A DNA stretch of 64,000 bases from an uncultured delta proteobacterium (GTDB lineage: Bacteria > Desulfobacterota > Syntrophobacteria > BM002): NCBI GenBank assembly GCA_963712115.1, contig CAVQGX010000003.1, positions 65,443 through 129,442 on the forward strand, given 5' to 3'. Shown one piece after another: positions 34,755 through 46,198 of this stretch. Positions within the stretch are counted from its first letter, which is position 1, and the number at the start of each line of letters is the position of its first letter. The notes under the pieces were generated by a model. The model made no database searches. It was not told where the DNA came from and saw only the letters and a list, made by a program, of their open reading frames with translations. The translations under genes were made by a program, and so were the position numbers.

Positions 34755-36191
34755 ATGAGTAAAGTTGGTCGCAATATTCCGCAAATAAGGGGTATGGCTG
34801 ATAAAGGGCAAAAGTTGGCAAAGGGCGGCAAGATGCTTTATGTACCGACCTCGAATATTAATTTCGATCGAGTCGTGAGTACTTTCGGTATTGCTCTGCA
34901 TATGCATCAGCCCACTATTCTCGCCGAAAACGATGACCTACGTACGTCGCGGTTGATTTGCAACTTGCAATACATGATGGAGCATCAACATATCGGGGAC
35001 AACCACAACGCCCCGGTTTTTATGGATTGCTATGCCCGCATGTCCGATATTGTGTCCGAACTCGTTGCGCAGGGAAAGAATCCGCGGGTTATGCTGGATT
35101 ATTCGGGAAATCTGTTGTGGGGCCTGGAGCAGATGGACAACGGGAGGGTCATTGAAAACTTAAAACGAATAACCTGCGATCAAAAATATTATTCTTATGT
35201 GGAATGGCTGGGGACAATGTGGTCTCATGCGGTGGTTAGTTCCACTCCAGTTCCAGATATTCGGCTGCACATATCGGCCTGGCGTGCCCATTTTGCGTCG
35301 ATTTTCGGCCGAGAGGCAGAGCAAAGGGTTAAAGGGTTCTCTGCGCCCGAGATGCATCTGCCGATTCATCCGGACGTCTGTTATGAATATGTTAAAGGAT
35401 TGAGAGAACGCGGATACGAGTGGCTGATGGTACAGGAGCATACCATTGAGCAATTAGATGGCAGCGGGATCACCCGGCCGCATTTCCCGCATAAACTGGT
35501 CGCCAAAAATTCCCTCGGAGAAATCGTCGAGATAAGCGTTTTAATTAAAACGCAAGGCTCAGATACAAAACTGGTCGCTCAAATGCAACCTTATTACGAA
35601 GCCAAAACTCTTCAGCGACAAGATTACTGCGGCAAAAGCATGCCTCCGTTTGTCTGTCAAATCGGAGACGGAGAAAACGGCGGAGTCATGATGAATGAAT
35701 TTCCGCCGGCCTATTATCAGGCTTTTGCGGAAATTGGCAGGGAAGGGGTCGTGGCGATGAACGGTTCGGAGTATCTTGAATTTATAAAACAAAAGGGTTT
35801 AAAGGAAAAAAACTTTACTCCGGTTCAGCCTGTGAGTCAGCATCTTATCTGGGAAAAGGTCGTCGATTTTGGGCCTTTTGCCTGCGACGAAGCCCTAAAA
35901 AAGCTTGCCGAATCCGGCCAGCCTCTAAATCTTGACCGGGCATCCTGGACGAATGATCGGACTTGGGTCAAAGGATATGAAAACGTGCTCGATCCCATTG
36001 ATAAACTCAGTGCAGCATTTCATGAGAAATATCCATCCGAAAAAGTCGATTCTAAAAGCAAATCCTACCAGGAAGCCTTGTTATATCTCCTGCTGTCACA
36101 AACCAGTTGTTTCCGTTATTGGGGCGAGGGAATCTGGACCGAATATGCCAAAGAAATCTGCCGCCGGGGAATGGAGGCGTTGTCCAGATAA
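34755..36191 (+). CDS. Glycoside hydrolase family 57-like protein
   Basis: HMHQP, APEM, DGENGG, QTSCFRYWG; start uncertain. Confidence 0.75.
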   Translation: MSKVGRNIPQIRGMADKGQKLAKGGKMLYVPTSNINFDRVVSTFGIALHMHQPTILAENDDLRTSRLICNLQYMMEHQHIGDNHNAPVFMDCYARMSDIVSELVAQGKNPRVMLDYSGNLLWGLEQMDNGRVIENLKRITCDQKYYSYVEWLGTMWSHAVVSSTPVPDIRLHISAWRAHFASIFGREAEQRVKGFSAPEMHLPIHPDVCYEYVKGLRERGYEWLMVQEHTIEQLDGSGITRPHFPHKLVAKNSLGEIVEISVLIKTQGSDTKLVAQMQPYYEAKTLQRQDYCGKSMPPFVCQIGDGENGGVMMNEFPPAYYQAFAEIGREGVVAMNGSEYLEFIKQKGLKEKNFTPVQPVSQHLIWEKVVDFGPFACDEALKKLAESGQPLNLDRASWTNDRTWVKGYENVLDPIDKLSAAFHEKYPSEKVDSKSKSYQEALLYLLLSQTSCFRYWGEGIWTEYAKEICRRGMEALSR

Positions 36192-36968
36192 CAACATCAT
36201 TACTTTCTCCCTAGTTGCCGCGCGGCTGGGTCGTGGACGCTGGTCAGTATTCCAGAAATCTACAATTTCCTTAAACATTTCCAATCAACGAGTGAAAAGG
36301 TCTGCCCTGTTTGTGGAAATCCGCTTCCGAAATCACAGAACCGCTGAAAGCAATCTATATCTTTGGCCAATATGGTTTTAAACTAGTGAAGCCGTAGGAA
36401 CATTAAATGCATTTTCCCACCTATTGGGTAGGAGTGCATTTAACTCGATCTGAGTTTCAATCCATTCCTTTAAGGCCACTTATTAACCCTCGTCGAACTT
36501 CGTCCAGCTTACTATATGCTTATCTTATTGAAACCTTTGGAAACCTCAAGATGTTGGCAAGAAACCAAAAGTTTTTAAAATAAATAAACTTCCACAAGAT
36601 TTCGTGTCTGCTTCGATCTTCATAAAAAAAGGACTATGCCTTAGAAACCACTTGCAAGCTCATTATTATTCGTAAGCATTGTGGCAGGTAAAGTGGACTT
36701 CTGGATTGACCCAATAATAGCAGAATACCATTAGTATGCTTGAGAATGTCAAGGTTTCAGAATAATCCAAGCAACTTTAGCCCTCAAACATTGCCAATAT
36801 TGAAGAATACCTTTAGAATTCTAAAAAGCTGGAAGGCGAGGACTATGGCAAGCAGTCATAAGCTTATGGCAGATTCAAGCAATCATACCCTATTGGGGTG
36901 CGTATGGAAAGCAGGAGATTGAAGTTTGGGGTCACAAACCTTCAGTTTCCTACCGATTCAAGAAATAT

Positions 36969-37603
36969 TTGGTCATTGCCGCAAGCTATAGAGGAGTTGC
37001 TTTGGGCTCCATACAAACGGCAATCATCGTCCTTGCTTTTTTCTGTGTCATCGTGACCTTGTTTATAATGGGTCTGCTCATCCAGCGAGTGAGGCACAGC
37101 CGGGCGCAAGAGGATTTGCGCAAGAGTGAGGAGCGAAATTTCCTCGCGCTCGAGAGCTCTACCGACGGCCTCTGGGACTGGAACATCCTGGCGGACACCG
37201 TGTTTTACTCGGATCGTTTCCGGGAAATCTTGGGGGTTTCACTCGAGGAGTTTCCCGGTACAATGGAGTCTTTTCGTAGCCGACTTCACCCTGAGGACGC
37301 CGACGCCGACGGTCAGTACCTAAAGGCCAAAATCGAAGCTGATGTGTACCAGGAACAACAGCTTTTTGCCAAGGCTATCCAGGCCGAAGGCATCGCGGAA
37401 GCCAAGGGCATCCAGGAAATGAACAACGCTCTGGCGCCAGATCGGCCGGCGAGGCAATTGTGAAACTAAAAATCGCCAAGGCGTTTCAGGGAAAGCGTAT
37501 CATGCTGCTGCCGGTGTCCGAAGGTGGGATGAATCTCAAGACCACCGACATCAACCGGCTGATCGAAACATTAGGCGTTAAATCGCTTTCCGGCGGGCAA
37601 TGA
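36969..37603 (+). pseudogene. Chimera of a PAS sensor fragment and an SPFH-like C-terminal fragment
   Basis: DGLWDWN...LHPED joined at a gacgcc repeat to AIQAEGIAEAKGIQEMNNAL; continues out of frame. Confidence 0.55.
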
Positions 37604-37650
37604 CGGCGGTAGTGAGGTGAACAACCGAAGGGTCAGGGAAAGGAAACATT

Positions 37651-37929
37651 ATGCCAAAGAACTTAGAATCCAAGAGTATCGAGCAACTACTGGTTGAGGC
37701 CGATGAACTCATCCAACAGATTTATTCCGATGCCATCGAAGACATGAAAGAAGAGCATCGCCTGCAGTTTGAAAAACACGCTCAAAACTTCAAAAAGATT
37801 AAATCCGAGGTTCAGGGCAAGATCGAGAAGAAAGGAACATCGGAAATAAGCTCCCGCCCTGAGGGCATGCACGAGGCGATCCTAGATATTGTGAAGGCGA
37901 TGCACGACTTGAAAGACAATTTTTTCTGA
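37651..37929 (+). CDS. Hypothetical helical protein
   Basis: AGGA RBS, 92 aa ORF. Confidence 0.6.
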   Translation: MPKNLESKSIEQLLVEADELIQQIYSDAIEDMKEEHRLQFEKHAQNFKKIKSEVQGKIEKKGTSEISSRPEGMHEAILDIVKAMHDLKDNFF

Positions 37930-38048
37930 TTGTCATCAAAAGCCTTTGAATAACCGGCGGAATGGCGGGGTATGCCCCGGGGAAAGAGTCCATATCAACA
38001 TCCGAAATCGCGACTTCACCACCTGGGAGAATATAAAATATGGAAAAA

Positions 38049-38153
38049 ATGAATCCCGTGAAACCTCTGTTTCCCCATTTGCCCGAACGTCTTGCAGGCT
38101 TGGAGGAGCTGGTGGAAAATCTTTGGTGGAACTGGAATCCGGGCGAAGCTTGA
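38049..38153 (+). pseudogene. N-terminal fragment of alpha-glucan phosphorylase
   Basis: MNPVKPLFPHLPERLAGLEELVENLWWNWNP then stop. Confidence 0.65.
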
Positions 38154-38476
38154 CACCAACTGGTTGGGTATCCTAACGGAAGGCTATGGTTTTTCAAACG
38201 ACGCAAAAGCCATGCTCGGCCCGCCTTCGTTTCCTGCAACCAAGCTTCCCCTACGACGGGCAAGACATGGAGCTGACGATCAGCTTGCATTATTGAGCGC
38301 CCGTTTTACAAATACTAAAGATTTCTACTACTCCTACCATCATTGCACGTTATCATGGGGATTGGTTTTCACAGATGAGTAACAGGACCTCCTCGAGAAA
38401 CGTTCTTCCATTTCTGCAACATGGGCAGATTCTGAAAGTGTGGTGTCTTTATCTGAGTTAAGAAGGAGGAGACGAT

Positions 38477-38722
38477 ATGGAATTTCTTTGGTTTATCTTG
38501 ATTGGTCTGGCTGCAGGATGGCTGGCGGGGCAGTTGATGAAAGGCGGCGGGTTTGGCGTCGTGGGAGACATCGTGGTCGGCGTGATTGGCGCGTTGCTTG
38601 GCGGTTTTCTCTTCCGCACTCTAGGCGTGTCCGCCGGAGGTGGGCTGCTCGGCAGTTTGATCGTCGCGGTGATTGGTGCCGTCGTCCTTTTATTTCTGTT
38701 GCGCCTGATCAAGAAAGCTTAG
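38477..38722 (+). CDS. GlsB/YeaQ/YmgE transglycosylase-associated membrane protein
   Basis: IGLAAGWLAG..M.GGG.G...DIVVGVIGA.LGG. Confidence 0.9.
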   Translation: MEFLWFILIGLAAGWLAGQLMKGGGFGVVGDIVVGVIGALLGGFLFRTLGVSAGGGLLGSLIVAVIGAVVLLFLLRLIKKA

Positions 38723-38951
38723 TTCAGGTAAATCATTTATAGTCTCCAGTTTCTAGTCAATTGTGGACTGACTAATAAGTCTGCGGAATGCGCCGTCAGC
38801 GATGGGATCGAGACCAAGGCAAATCAGTTTCTCAAGACATGAAAAATCAAATTGAAACAGAGAGAACATCTTGACCATCCCGTGATCAAATCGCAAGGAG
38901 TTGGTGGAATGATCGCTTGCGTTCGGGGCGCAAAGGAGAGAGGATTCGTTT

Positions 38952-39370
38952 GTGGCTAAACAGGCAACCGAACTGAGCTACGCTGTCCGGTTTCGTGTGG
39001 TCTTCAAGTATTTCGGTCAACTGTGCCTCGTGCTCGCCGCGCTGACGCTGGTGCCAATGAACCAAATTTTACCTTAGCTGAAAGAGAGAGACTTAAGGCT
39101 ATCTTAGAGGAACACCAATTATCAGAAGTCGGTCTTTTCTCTGACGAGACAAGAGTAAAAGCAGGCGAATTATTAGGTGTAAATTATTTAGTGGACATCG
39201 CACTCGTCCGATATTGTGTAGTGCCATTTATGAACGATATAACAACAGTAAAATTGATTGACGTTCAAACAGGCAGAATACTTGCTTCTGATAGATACGA
39301 AATGGTTAGAGATTTCCAAACAGCAAACATACTAAAAGTAAAGTTAAACTACGAAGACGTAAACAATTGA
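38952..39370 (+). pseudogene. TrkH-like N-terminal fragment joined to a CsgG-like fragment
   Basis: SYAVRFRVVFKYFGQLCLVLAALTLVP, then ERERLKAILEEHQL..G..LG.N...KLIDVQTGRI in another frame. Confidence 0.45.
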
Positions 39371-39474
39371 TGCTCACAACAAGCCCAGCTGCCGTAGAAG
39401 AGCAGGTTGGCATAGGTTATCTGTTCGGGTGGAGCTTGTGGTGCCTCAGATGTCATTTTTTCACCACACACTTT

Positions 39475-40429
39475 TCAAATGCCAAGGCCTTTCATAAAGG
39501 CTTTAACCCCTGCGAACAGGAGCACACCAATGACAATGAAGCGGATGACCTTTGGTTTCGCCACCACCAGAATCCTCACTCCCACAAAAGATCCCAACAT
39601 AAGTCCTACGATGGAAGGCACCGCCATAAGGGGAATCACGCAGCCCTTATTGAGATAAGATCCAGGCCGCCGAGGTGTCTGTAATGGAGAGCAAAAACTT
39701 GCTGGTTCCCACCGAGAGCTTCAAGGGCGCTCCCATGAGCAAATTGAGCACGGGAACATTGGCCCACCCTGCACCCAAGCCAAACATGCCGGCCATGACG
39801 CCGACTACGATAAAAAGAAGCAAGCCTGGCAGGGTGCGGTGGGTTTTCCACTCAATGTGTTCTCCGGTGGATGGCTCCAGATAAGCACCGGCCATTTTCA
39901 AAGCTCCCCCTATTCCGTCCTGCTTTTCCACCACCGGCCGTTCCACGTTCTTGGACAAAGTGATCAAGGCCGCGATGAAAATGATGGTCGCCCCCAAGGC
40001 AATCTGGATGATGTTAGTGGGAAGAGCAAGACCCAGGAGAGCACCGACAATGGCGCAACTGGAGGCAATGAGGGCAACCGGCAGAGCGAGGCGGAGATTG
40101 GCAAAGTTTCTCTTGAGCAAGCCCGGACCTGCTGCGAGAGCCCCTGCCATGGCCACCAGCAACCCTGTCCGCCTGACAAAGTCAAGGTGAAATGGAAAGA
40201 AACCGCTCACCAGCGGCACATAAAGCACGCCGCCGCCAACACCAGCCAACACCGCGAGGATCCCTAGGACAAAGCAGAAGAAAAAGAGTATCAAAGGCCA
40301 GAACCACCAGGGACGTTGCGGACCCTCTATAGCCGCCCCTTCTGCTGTTGCCCATGCGGGGGATGATACAAGCCATAACAAGAAAAAAATAACCTTGACC
40401 GACAGAAATCTGCAGCAGTTTCTCAGCAT
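39475..40429 (-). pseudogene. TauE/SafE sulfite exporter with a frameshift near 39658
   Basis: GVGGGV and GLGAGW motifs; removing 1 nt restores ...AWIYLNKGCVIPL...KGLGI*. Confidence 0.75.
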
Positions 40430-40581
40430 AGACTACCCTTCAATAAATTGGAACAAGTGAAGAATTGCTACTTGAAGAAAAATGTATATGCACTAGATGT
40501 AATCATACATTTTCTTATAGAGAAAAGTGAATTAAATATACACAAGCAGAAATAGATATAATTCCCTGCCGGTCTTCTAAA

Positions 40582-40692
40582 AGTTTCGATCACATACTTT
40601 AATGCACACTCACGCCCCGTTTTGACCTTCCCCTCCATCTTGTGCCAAGGTTTTCGAAGGTGAAGTGTGAATTAAGGGAATGCAAACTTTTG
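40582..40692. repeat. Complete bipartite site (inverted core, box, forward core)
   Basis: catactttaatgcacact...catcttgtgcc...agtgtgaattaaggga. Confidence 0.8.
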
Positions 40693-41314
40693 CTGTGATC
40701 GAGATTGGTTTACATTCCTCACAATTATATGTAATCGATCTTGTCCCTATAAGCTGCCCTTAAGGCGTTGCGAAGTATTTTCATCAGTCCATAGCTTAGT
40801 CTGTACTCCCCAACCTAAGATAATCTGCTTGCACCACTGCAAGGGATCAGTCCCGTCACCAAGATTTCACCCATATTGCAAAGCGTATAATATACAAATG
40901 CAATTTTGTACGAAATCTAGAGAAAACAGCAGAAAAACCAAGGTACCGGTTGAACCGTTAGATTGCAGATAACATGGTTATCATAAGGATATTTCTCCAT
41001 TTCTTATGCATCATGAAAAACAGAAATATTTTCATGTGTTACAGGGGTGTCAACAAAATTTCCCTTATTTCCTGAAGGTTTACTCTTTGTGCATAACCCC
41101 TATAGGGGGAATCAATTTTTCAGGGCTCACCGCATTTGAGTGATGCAAGAGTCAATTATAAAATAGTCTATAGGCTCAAAACTGTTCTCGCTTTCTCATT
41201 TTCAAAAAACCCTGCTTTTGCTGGCCAAGACCCGGGCCTCCACACCTAGAGACTGATTAATCTCGATTGGAGCCTAAAAAACCTGTACTACGTTATTAGG
41301 AAGGAAGTGGAACC

Positions 41315-41692
41315 ATGGCTAGAATCCTTCTGGTGGATGATGAGGAGTACATCCGCCGACTCTACACCGAGGAGCTTTCCGAGGAGGGTCACAAGGTCTT
41401 CACTGTGGCTTCGGGACATAATCTTCTGAAGAGGATTGACTCTCTCCAACCCGAAGCGGTTGTTCTGGACATCAGACTCGCGGACTACAACGGCTTAGAA
41501 CTTCTGCAGGAGATCCGCAATCTCTACCACGACCTGCCGGTCATCTTATGTACTGCTTACGATACATACAAATATGATCAGAAGTCCATTGCCGCTGACT
41601 ACTACGTAGTCAAATCATTTGACTTGTCGGAGCTAAAAATGGCAATAGAAAAGGCTACAGAGGGGCACACCTCTATGCGGTTGATCGTGTAG
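41315..41692 (+). CDS. Single-domain response regulator
   Basis: LLVDDE, LDI, CTA, VKS receiver motifs. Confidence 0.9.
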   Translation: MARILLVDDEEYIRRLYTEELSEEGHKVFTVASGHNLLKRIDSLQPEAVVLDIRLADYNGLELLQEIRNLYHDLPVILCTAYDTYKYDQKSIAADYYVVKSFDLSELKMAIEKATEGHTSMRLIV

Positions 41693-42258
41693 AGACTACT
41701 GTCTGAGCTGACAGCTGCCTTTCCAAAGGTGGTTTCCGACTCGATCAAGAGTTAGCGTTAAGATGTAAAGCTCTCCAACCATTTCCCTCGATCTTCTCAT
41801 AAATGACTTCAAGCTAAACTCAGTCTACTTCAGAGTACGTACCACATTCTGTGCTAGGGTCTTTAGAGCCAATAGTGTGAATTAAGGGATGTAATCTGAA
41901 GTTTCCCAGGGATTGGGCACGAGTTTAGACGATTCATCATTAAATGAACTTGCCTCAAGAGCCGAAAAGGCGACCTCCCATAATGTCCCACCAATATTCC
42001 GCATTCGGTATAAATGTTTTGTAAGCTAGTTAGGATTGATTCGTGGGGAATCTGTGTTATGCTAATAGCTAATTTTCCCTCGCTAAATTTATAGCCTGAT
42101 TTCAAGATTTGTGCGGACCCTGCCCCGATTATGTCCTCTTAGCCAGAATTTCGCAGCCCGCTTCCCACTGGTAGCGTACAGAGGAGGAAAAATTCTGTAA
42201 GCAATAACTGTAGCCACTTAACTCATACGAAATTTATAGAAAAAAATAGGATTGAGAC

Positions 42259-42588
42259 GTGTTTCCCATAAAACAAGAAAGACGACATCACCTAAGAGCC
42301 GAGTGCAATTTGACCGCCAGGATTCGGAGGGCTTCACGTTCTTTCGATGGATTAATTAGAAATGTAAGTGACAATGGAGTATTTCTCTGCTCTTCTCAGA
42401 AATTACTTCCTGGTGAGTGCGTTCGTATTGCTGTCGAACCACCGGGCTGTGTTCCTCTGGAAATTGACGCTGAAGTAGTCTGGTCTCGCATATTCAGGCA
42501 CGATGAGCCTGGTGGTTTATATGGAACGGGTTGTCGTTTTATGGATATGCGTCTGATGCAAACCGCAACCTCACCGACTCAGCTGTAA
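42259..42588 (+). CDS. PilZ-domain protein
   Basis: ERRHHLR, NVSDNG, VVW, GCRF. Confidence 0.82.
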   Translation: MFPIKQERRHHLRAECNLTARIRRASRSFDGLIRNVSDNGVFLCSSQKLLPGECVRIAVEPPGCVPLEIDAEVVWSRIFRHDEPGGLYGTGCRFMDMRLMQTATSPTQL

Positions 42589-42959
42589 CCACTTTGCACC
42601 CTTCTGACCCACCCCAAGATGGGGTAGTGTGCCTCCCAGTGCAGAAAGTGTAAATTAAGGGATGAGATCTCCACTTTGCCCTGGTTCCTCATAAGAGCCT
42701 TTTGTTTTCACTCGCGATAAAAAGTTTGATATTTAGAAAAAATGGTGGTTTTTCGTATTTACTTGAAACGGCTTGCCAGCCTATCCTGAAATTAACGAAA
42801 ATTCCTTCTCTAATTCATCCTCAAGAGACCATCTTTTAGTTCCCTGCTGCTCTGGCTGACCCGAAAACGATCCAAAGGAACCACAGGTTTGATTCTCCCA
42901 GGGAAAGTTATGGTTAGGCTTGGGTGTTTCACCCTTGCCAACAACATAGGGGGTGTATA

Positions 42960-43139
42960 ATGAAAAAACTTGCCTCATCAGGGGGTATTCAATCCCTATT
43001 AAGGAAATACAAAGCCATATTCAGTGTTTCTGAAGATCTTAAGCAATACCCAAAAAAGGATCTCAAGAGTGAGGAAAGAAAGTTTTTGAAATATGTTTTA
43101 GAACAACGCAGAATTGAAATTGAGGACGAACTTTTCTGA
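42960..43139 (+). CDS. Small hypothetical protein
   Basis: G-rich RBS, 59 aa ORF, followed by a terminator. Confidence 0.55.
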   Translation: MKKLASSGGIQSLLRKYKAIFSVSEDLKQYPKKDLKSEERKFLKYVLEQRRIEIEDELF

Positions 43140-43170
43140 ACTCAGCTCTAGATTCTTTTTCCAAAGAAAG

Positions 43171-43198
43171 AGCGGAGCTTCGGCTCCGCTTTTTTTTG
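43171..43198 (+). terminator. Shared GCGGAGC-TTCG-GCTCCGC terminator (first of ~8 copies)
   Basis: UUCG tetraloop plus U-tract; copies or variants near 48314, 49401, 51174, 53218, 54631, 55766, 58295, 58888. Confidence 0.8.
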
Positions 43199-43603
43199 TG
43201 CTTCTACCGAGTCTGAGAGTTCATTGGATTTTCGCAGTAACGACTTGACAACCAAACAAACTCCGAGTTAAATACCGCTGCCGAGGATTCATACCCGCCA
43301 TTGAATCCTTTTTTTCATCCCCCCATTGACCTTATGTGTGGTTGAGTCAGTGGGGGTTTTCTTTTCCAACACTCCATGCTTTCCGCGTGATAGTCTAAAT
43401 GGGGACTCTCATCCCGATTGACAAAGATAGCTTTATATGAAATAAAGCAAGTGCGCTGTTTATGAATCCTTTCCTTGAGCATTTCAATTAGCTCAATATT
43501 ACCCCAACTGATCTCCCTGTCTTCATCCCCAAAATCAACTAGAATTTAAGCGTCATTGCACCAGGTCGCTCCCAGCCTTTCATGCTGGGGAGGAAGCTAA
43601 TTT

Positions 43604-43924
43604 ATGCAAAAAGAAAGTCGCAAACACCCCAGAGCAAAGGTAGTATGGCCAGTAATCATGGAAAACAGCCGAAATATCATTAGTGGAGAAACGCAAGATA
43701 TAAGTGCTGGCGGAGCATATATGCTTTGTCGTAACCCGCTAAAGCCCGTTAAGGTTTCCATGTATTTCAGTGTCTCCCTTTTAAGCCCTCGTATAAGAGC
43801 CATGGCAGAAGTTGTCAGGTCAGATATTCTTGGCTCAGCTAATGGGGTTGAGTACTGCGGTATAGGAGTTAGGTTCGTAGCAATTTCTGATGAAGGCCGG
43901 GAGCTCATTTCACTTGAGTTGTAG
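43604..43924 (+). CDS. PilZ-domain protein
   Basis: SRKHPR, DISAGG, GIGVRF. Confidence 0.85.
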   Translation: MQKESRKHPRAKVVWPVIMENSRNIISGETQDISAGGAYMLCRNPLKPVKVSMYFSVSLLSPRIRAMAEVVRSDILGSANGVEYCGIGVRFVAISDEGRELISLEL

Positions 43925-44273
43925 AACACAAAATTGTCACCCCCTACAACAACGGTGGTATCCCCGACTCATCAGCCACGCCCTTAACGTCAATGGCTAT
44001 CAGGGCAATACTACCTGCTTCTACTCTCCCTGCCTTGACCACTCTCAACATTTTGTGCCAGAGCAAATCCTAGGGAAGTGTAAATTAAGGAATGTAATAC
44101 AAAGTCCGCATCGACCTCTACATGCTGCGCATCCAACTGTTGCAGTAATCTCTTTCTATGTGGTAAGTTGCCCCGTGGGTAGGGCATCCGTGGGCTGGAC
44201 ATGCCCTACCTGCTCTCTCTACTTGTTTGCCCCCATTGGCCTCAACTTGCTCGGTCAGTGGGGGCTTTTTATG

Positions 44274-44380
44274 GGCATCGGGTTTGCATACAAGGACGAT
44301 TGACCTCCCTGGTCACAAAAATTCTTGACTACCCCCATTGGTCTTATCTGGTGCCCCAGGCTGATGGGGGTAACTTTTTC
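44274..44380 (+). ncRNA. Candidate sigma54 promoter plus ~80-nt small RNA
   Basis: GG-N10-GC at 44274-44287; no convincing ORF; CCCCCATTGG...CTGATGGGGG terminator. Confidence 0.45.
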
Positions 44381-44460
44381 CAGCCTTCCTTGCTGTACAC
44401 CGTTCCGGTAAGTGGGCATAGACTTTGCACTCCCAACCAGGAAAAAACTGGAGGTTCACT

Positions 44461-44562
44461 ATGTTCCTTTCGGGCTATTTAGTTGCCTTCGTTATCGGTG
44501 TGGTAGTTGGCTTTCTCTTCGCGGCAAACATGATTCTCAACGGCCTGGACCAATCAAGCTGA
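44461..44562 (+). CDS. 33-aa hydrophobic small protein
   Basis: MFLSGYLVAFVIGVVVGFLFAANMILNGLDQSS; GGAGG RBS; GG-N10-GC at 44415-44428. Confidence 0.5.
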   Translation: MFLSGYLVAFVIGVVVGFLFAANMILNGLDQSS

Positions 44563-44690
44563 GCAGATGAGCAGGAGTAGGCTGTAACATTCTGACCTTG
44601 TGGTAATGTTTCCGCAACCCAAATGCCCCTAGTCCCTCTCCGCATAGGCCTTATACTGGACTGGTCAGTGGGGGGCTTTTTTTCTTGCTT

Positions 44691-44800
44691 GGCATCTGGT
44701 TTGCATCACAAATTTACTGGAGTGAACATAGGGTTCACTCGTTCGATCGTAGGATCCCCCATCGGTTTACGTGCGCCGTGCCGATGGGGGTTTTCTTTTT
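44691..44800 (+). ncRNA. Candidate sigma54 promoter plus small RNA, copy A
   Basis: TTGGCATCTGGTTTGCA; GAGTGAAC...GTTCACTC hairpin; terminator; near-identical copy at 59534-59650. Confidence 0.55.
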
Positions 44801-45111
44801 CAACCGCATTGACTTGACCACCCACAATATTCTGTGCCAGAGTAAATTTTAGCGGAGTGTGGATTAAGGGATGTAATGTTTTGTAGTGATCAAGATAAGT
44901 CTATATACCTTATCGATTTGTGCGTGTTAATCTGATAACATGTTAGATCGGCTCTGGAATGGCTCTATAAAATATAGACTTGACACTCTCAGACCTCCTG
45001 TGCCTGTTTGCCAAGCCTTATTTCATTTCTAATAAATCACAGGATATGGCTAAAAAAGAAAGCTTGCTGTTGTCAGGTGGGGTAATAGTTTTTTGGAGGT
45101 ATGGTTACTAA

Positions 45112-46071
45112 ATGGCGCATGTCCGGTATCATTTAGCTCAAGGCTGCGTAATTTTCTTGATACTCTTAATATGTATGCTATACGCTATGGACCACGCTAC
45201 TCCCAATACCTCTCCAACCCTTTCCTCAGGAGGAACTGAGGATGAAACTACCACTGATCCCTACATACTTAGAACCATCGAGGTCATCAATCAGGATGAC
45301 CGATGGCACGTTGTGCTCACCGGTTCTGAATCCATGACCTATGAGGCAAGTAAAACGGTTAATCCTCTAGGACTAAAAGTAGATTTGCCAAATACAGTTG
45401 TCAGGCCCGAGGTCCTGCCAAGACATAAAGAAAACGAAATCGTTGGCAGAATCAGTGCGTCAGTGCTTATCAGTGGTCCTCAGCCTCTAACGCAAATCGG
45501 GATAAATTTAAACAAGGATGTCTCATACGTAATTAGCAGAGCGCAGGGGAAGATTTGGGTGAGTTTCGACACATCATCTCTTCAGACAGGAGCTAAGCCT
45601 ATCCAGATAGAACCCGTTACAAAATCGAGGGCTGAAGACTTCGGTGGTAGACTTGAAGCCGCTACGGCTGCCCCCACTTTAGAAGAAGGGATACTTTCTT
45701 CTGTACAACCCACTAAAAGGGAGCCAGTGATGCCTGCGCATGAAATAACGGCCATCAAATCAATTAAATCAGATGAAGAATTGCGTGTCTACATCCTCGC
45801 TGATGGAAGTCTTTCTCAATATAATACTTTCTTCTTGAATAGCCCACCGAGATTGGTGATGGATTTCATGGCAGTTAGGTCTACTAAGGTGAAAGGTGTC
45901 CAGAGCCTGAAAGGATTGCTAGTCAAAAAGATACGGGTGGGCCTACATAGTGAGAAGTTGCGAGTGGTATTTGACTTGGTATCCGAGAAGGAGCCTTCTT
46001 ATCAGATCATTTTGGGAGATGATCGACTAGTTATTTCTTTCAAACTAAGCGGAGGATTTTCACCACACTAA
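45112..46071 (+). CDS. Protein with two AMIN domains
   Basis: N-terminal anchor; NPLGLKVDL and SPPRLVMDF...KIRVG...LRVVFDL. Confidence 0.75.
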   Translation: MAHVRYHLAQGCVIFLILLICMLYAMDHATPNTSPTLSSGGTEDETTTDPYILRTIEVINQDDRWHVVLTGSESMTYEASKTVNPLGLKVDLPNTVVRPEVLPRHKENEIVGRISASVLISGPQPLTQIGINLNKDVSYVISRAQGKIWVSFDTSSLQTGAKPIQIEPVTKSRAEDFGGRLEAATAAPTLEEGILSSVQPTKREPVMPAHEITAIKSIKSDEELRVYILADGSLSQYNTFFLNSPPRLVMDFMAVRSTKVKGVQSLKGLLVKKIRVGLHSEKLRVVFDLVSEKEPSYQIILGDDRLVISFKLSGGFSPH

Positions 46072-46198
46072 GCGATAATTTAATCTGGGTTTACACCGAC
46101 CCGTTGCTGAGCCTCTTAACTCATTGAAATTGAATAGGTTAAGTTTAATCCCAAGCTGAAAGGCAGAGTCAGAACCGGCTCTGTCTATTTCTTTGGAA

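Noticed and set aside
42199-42216. Minus-strand sigma54-like motif
   Set aside because: GG-GC spacing is 11 nt rather than 10.
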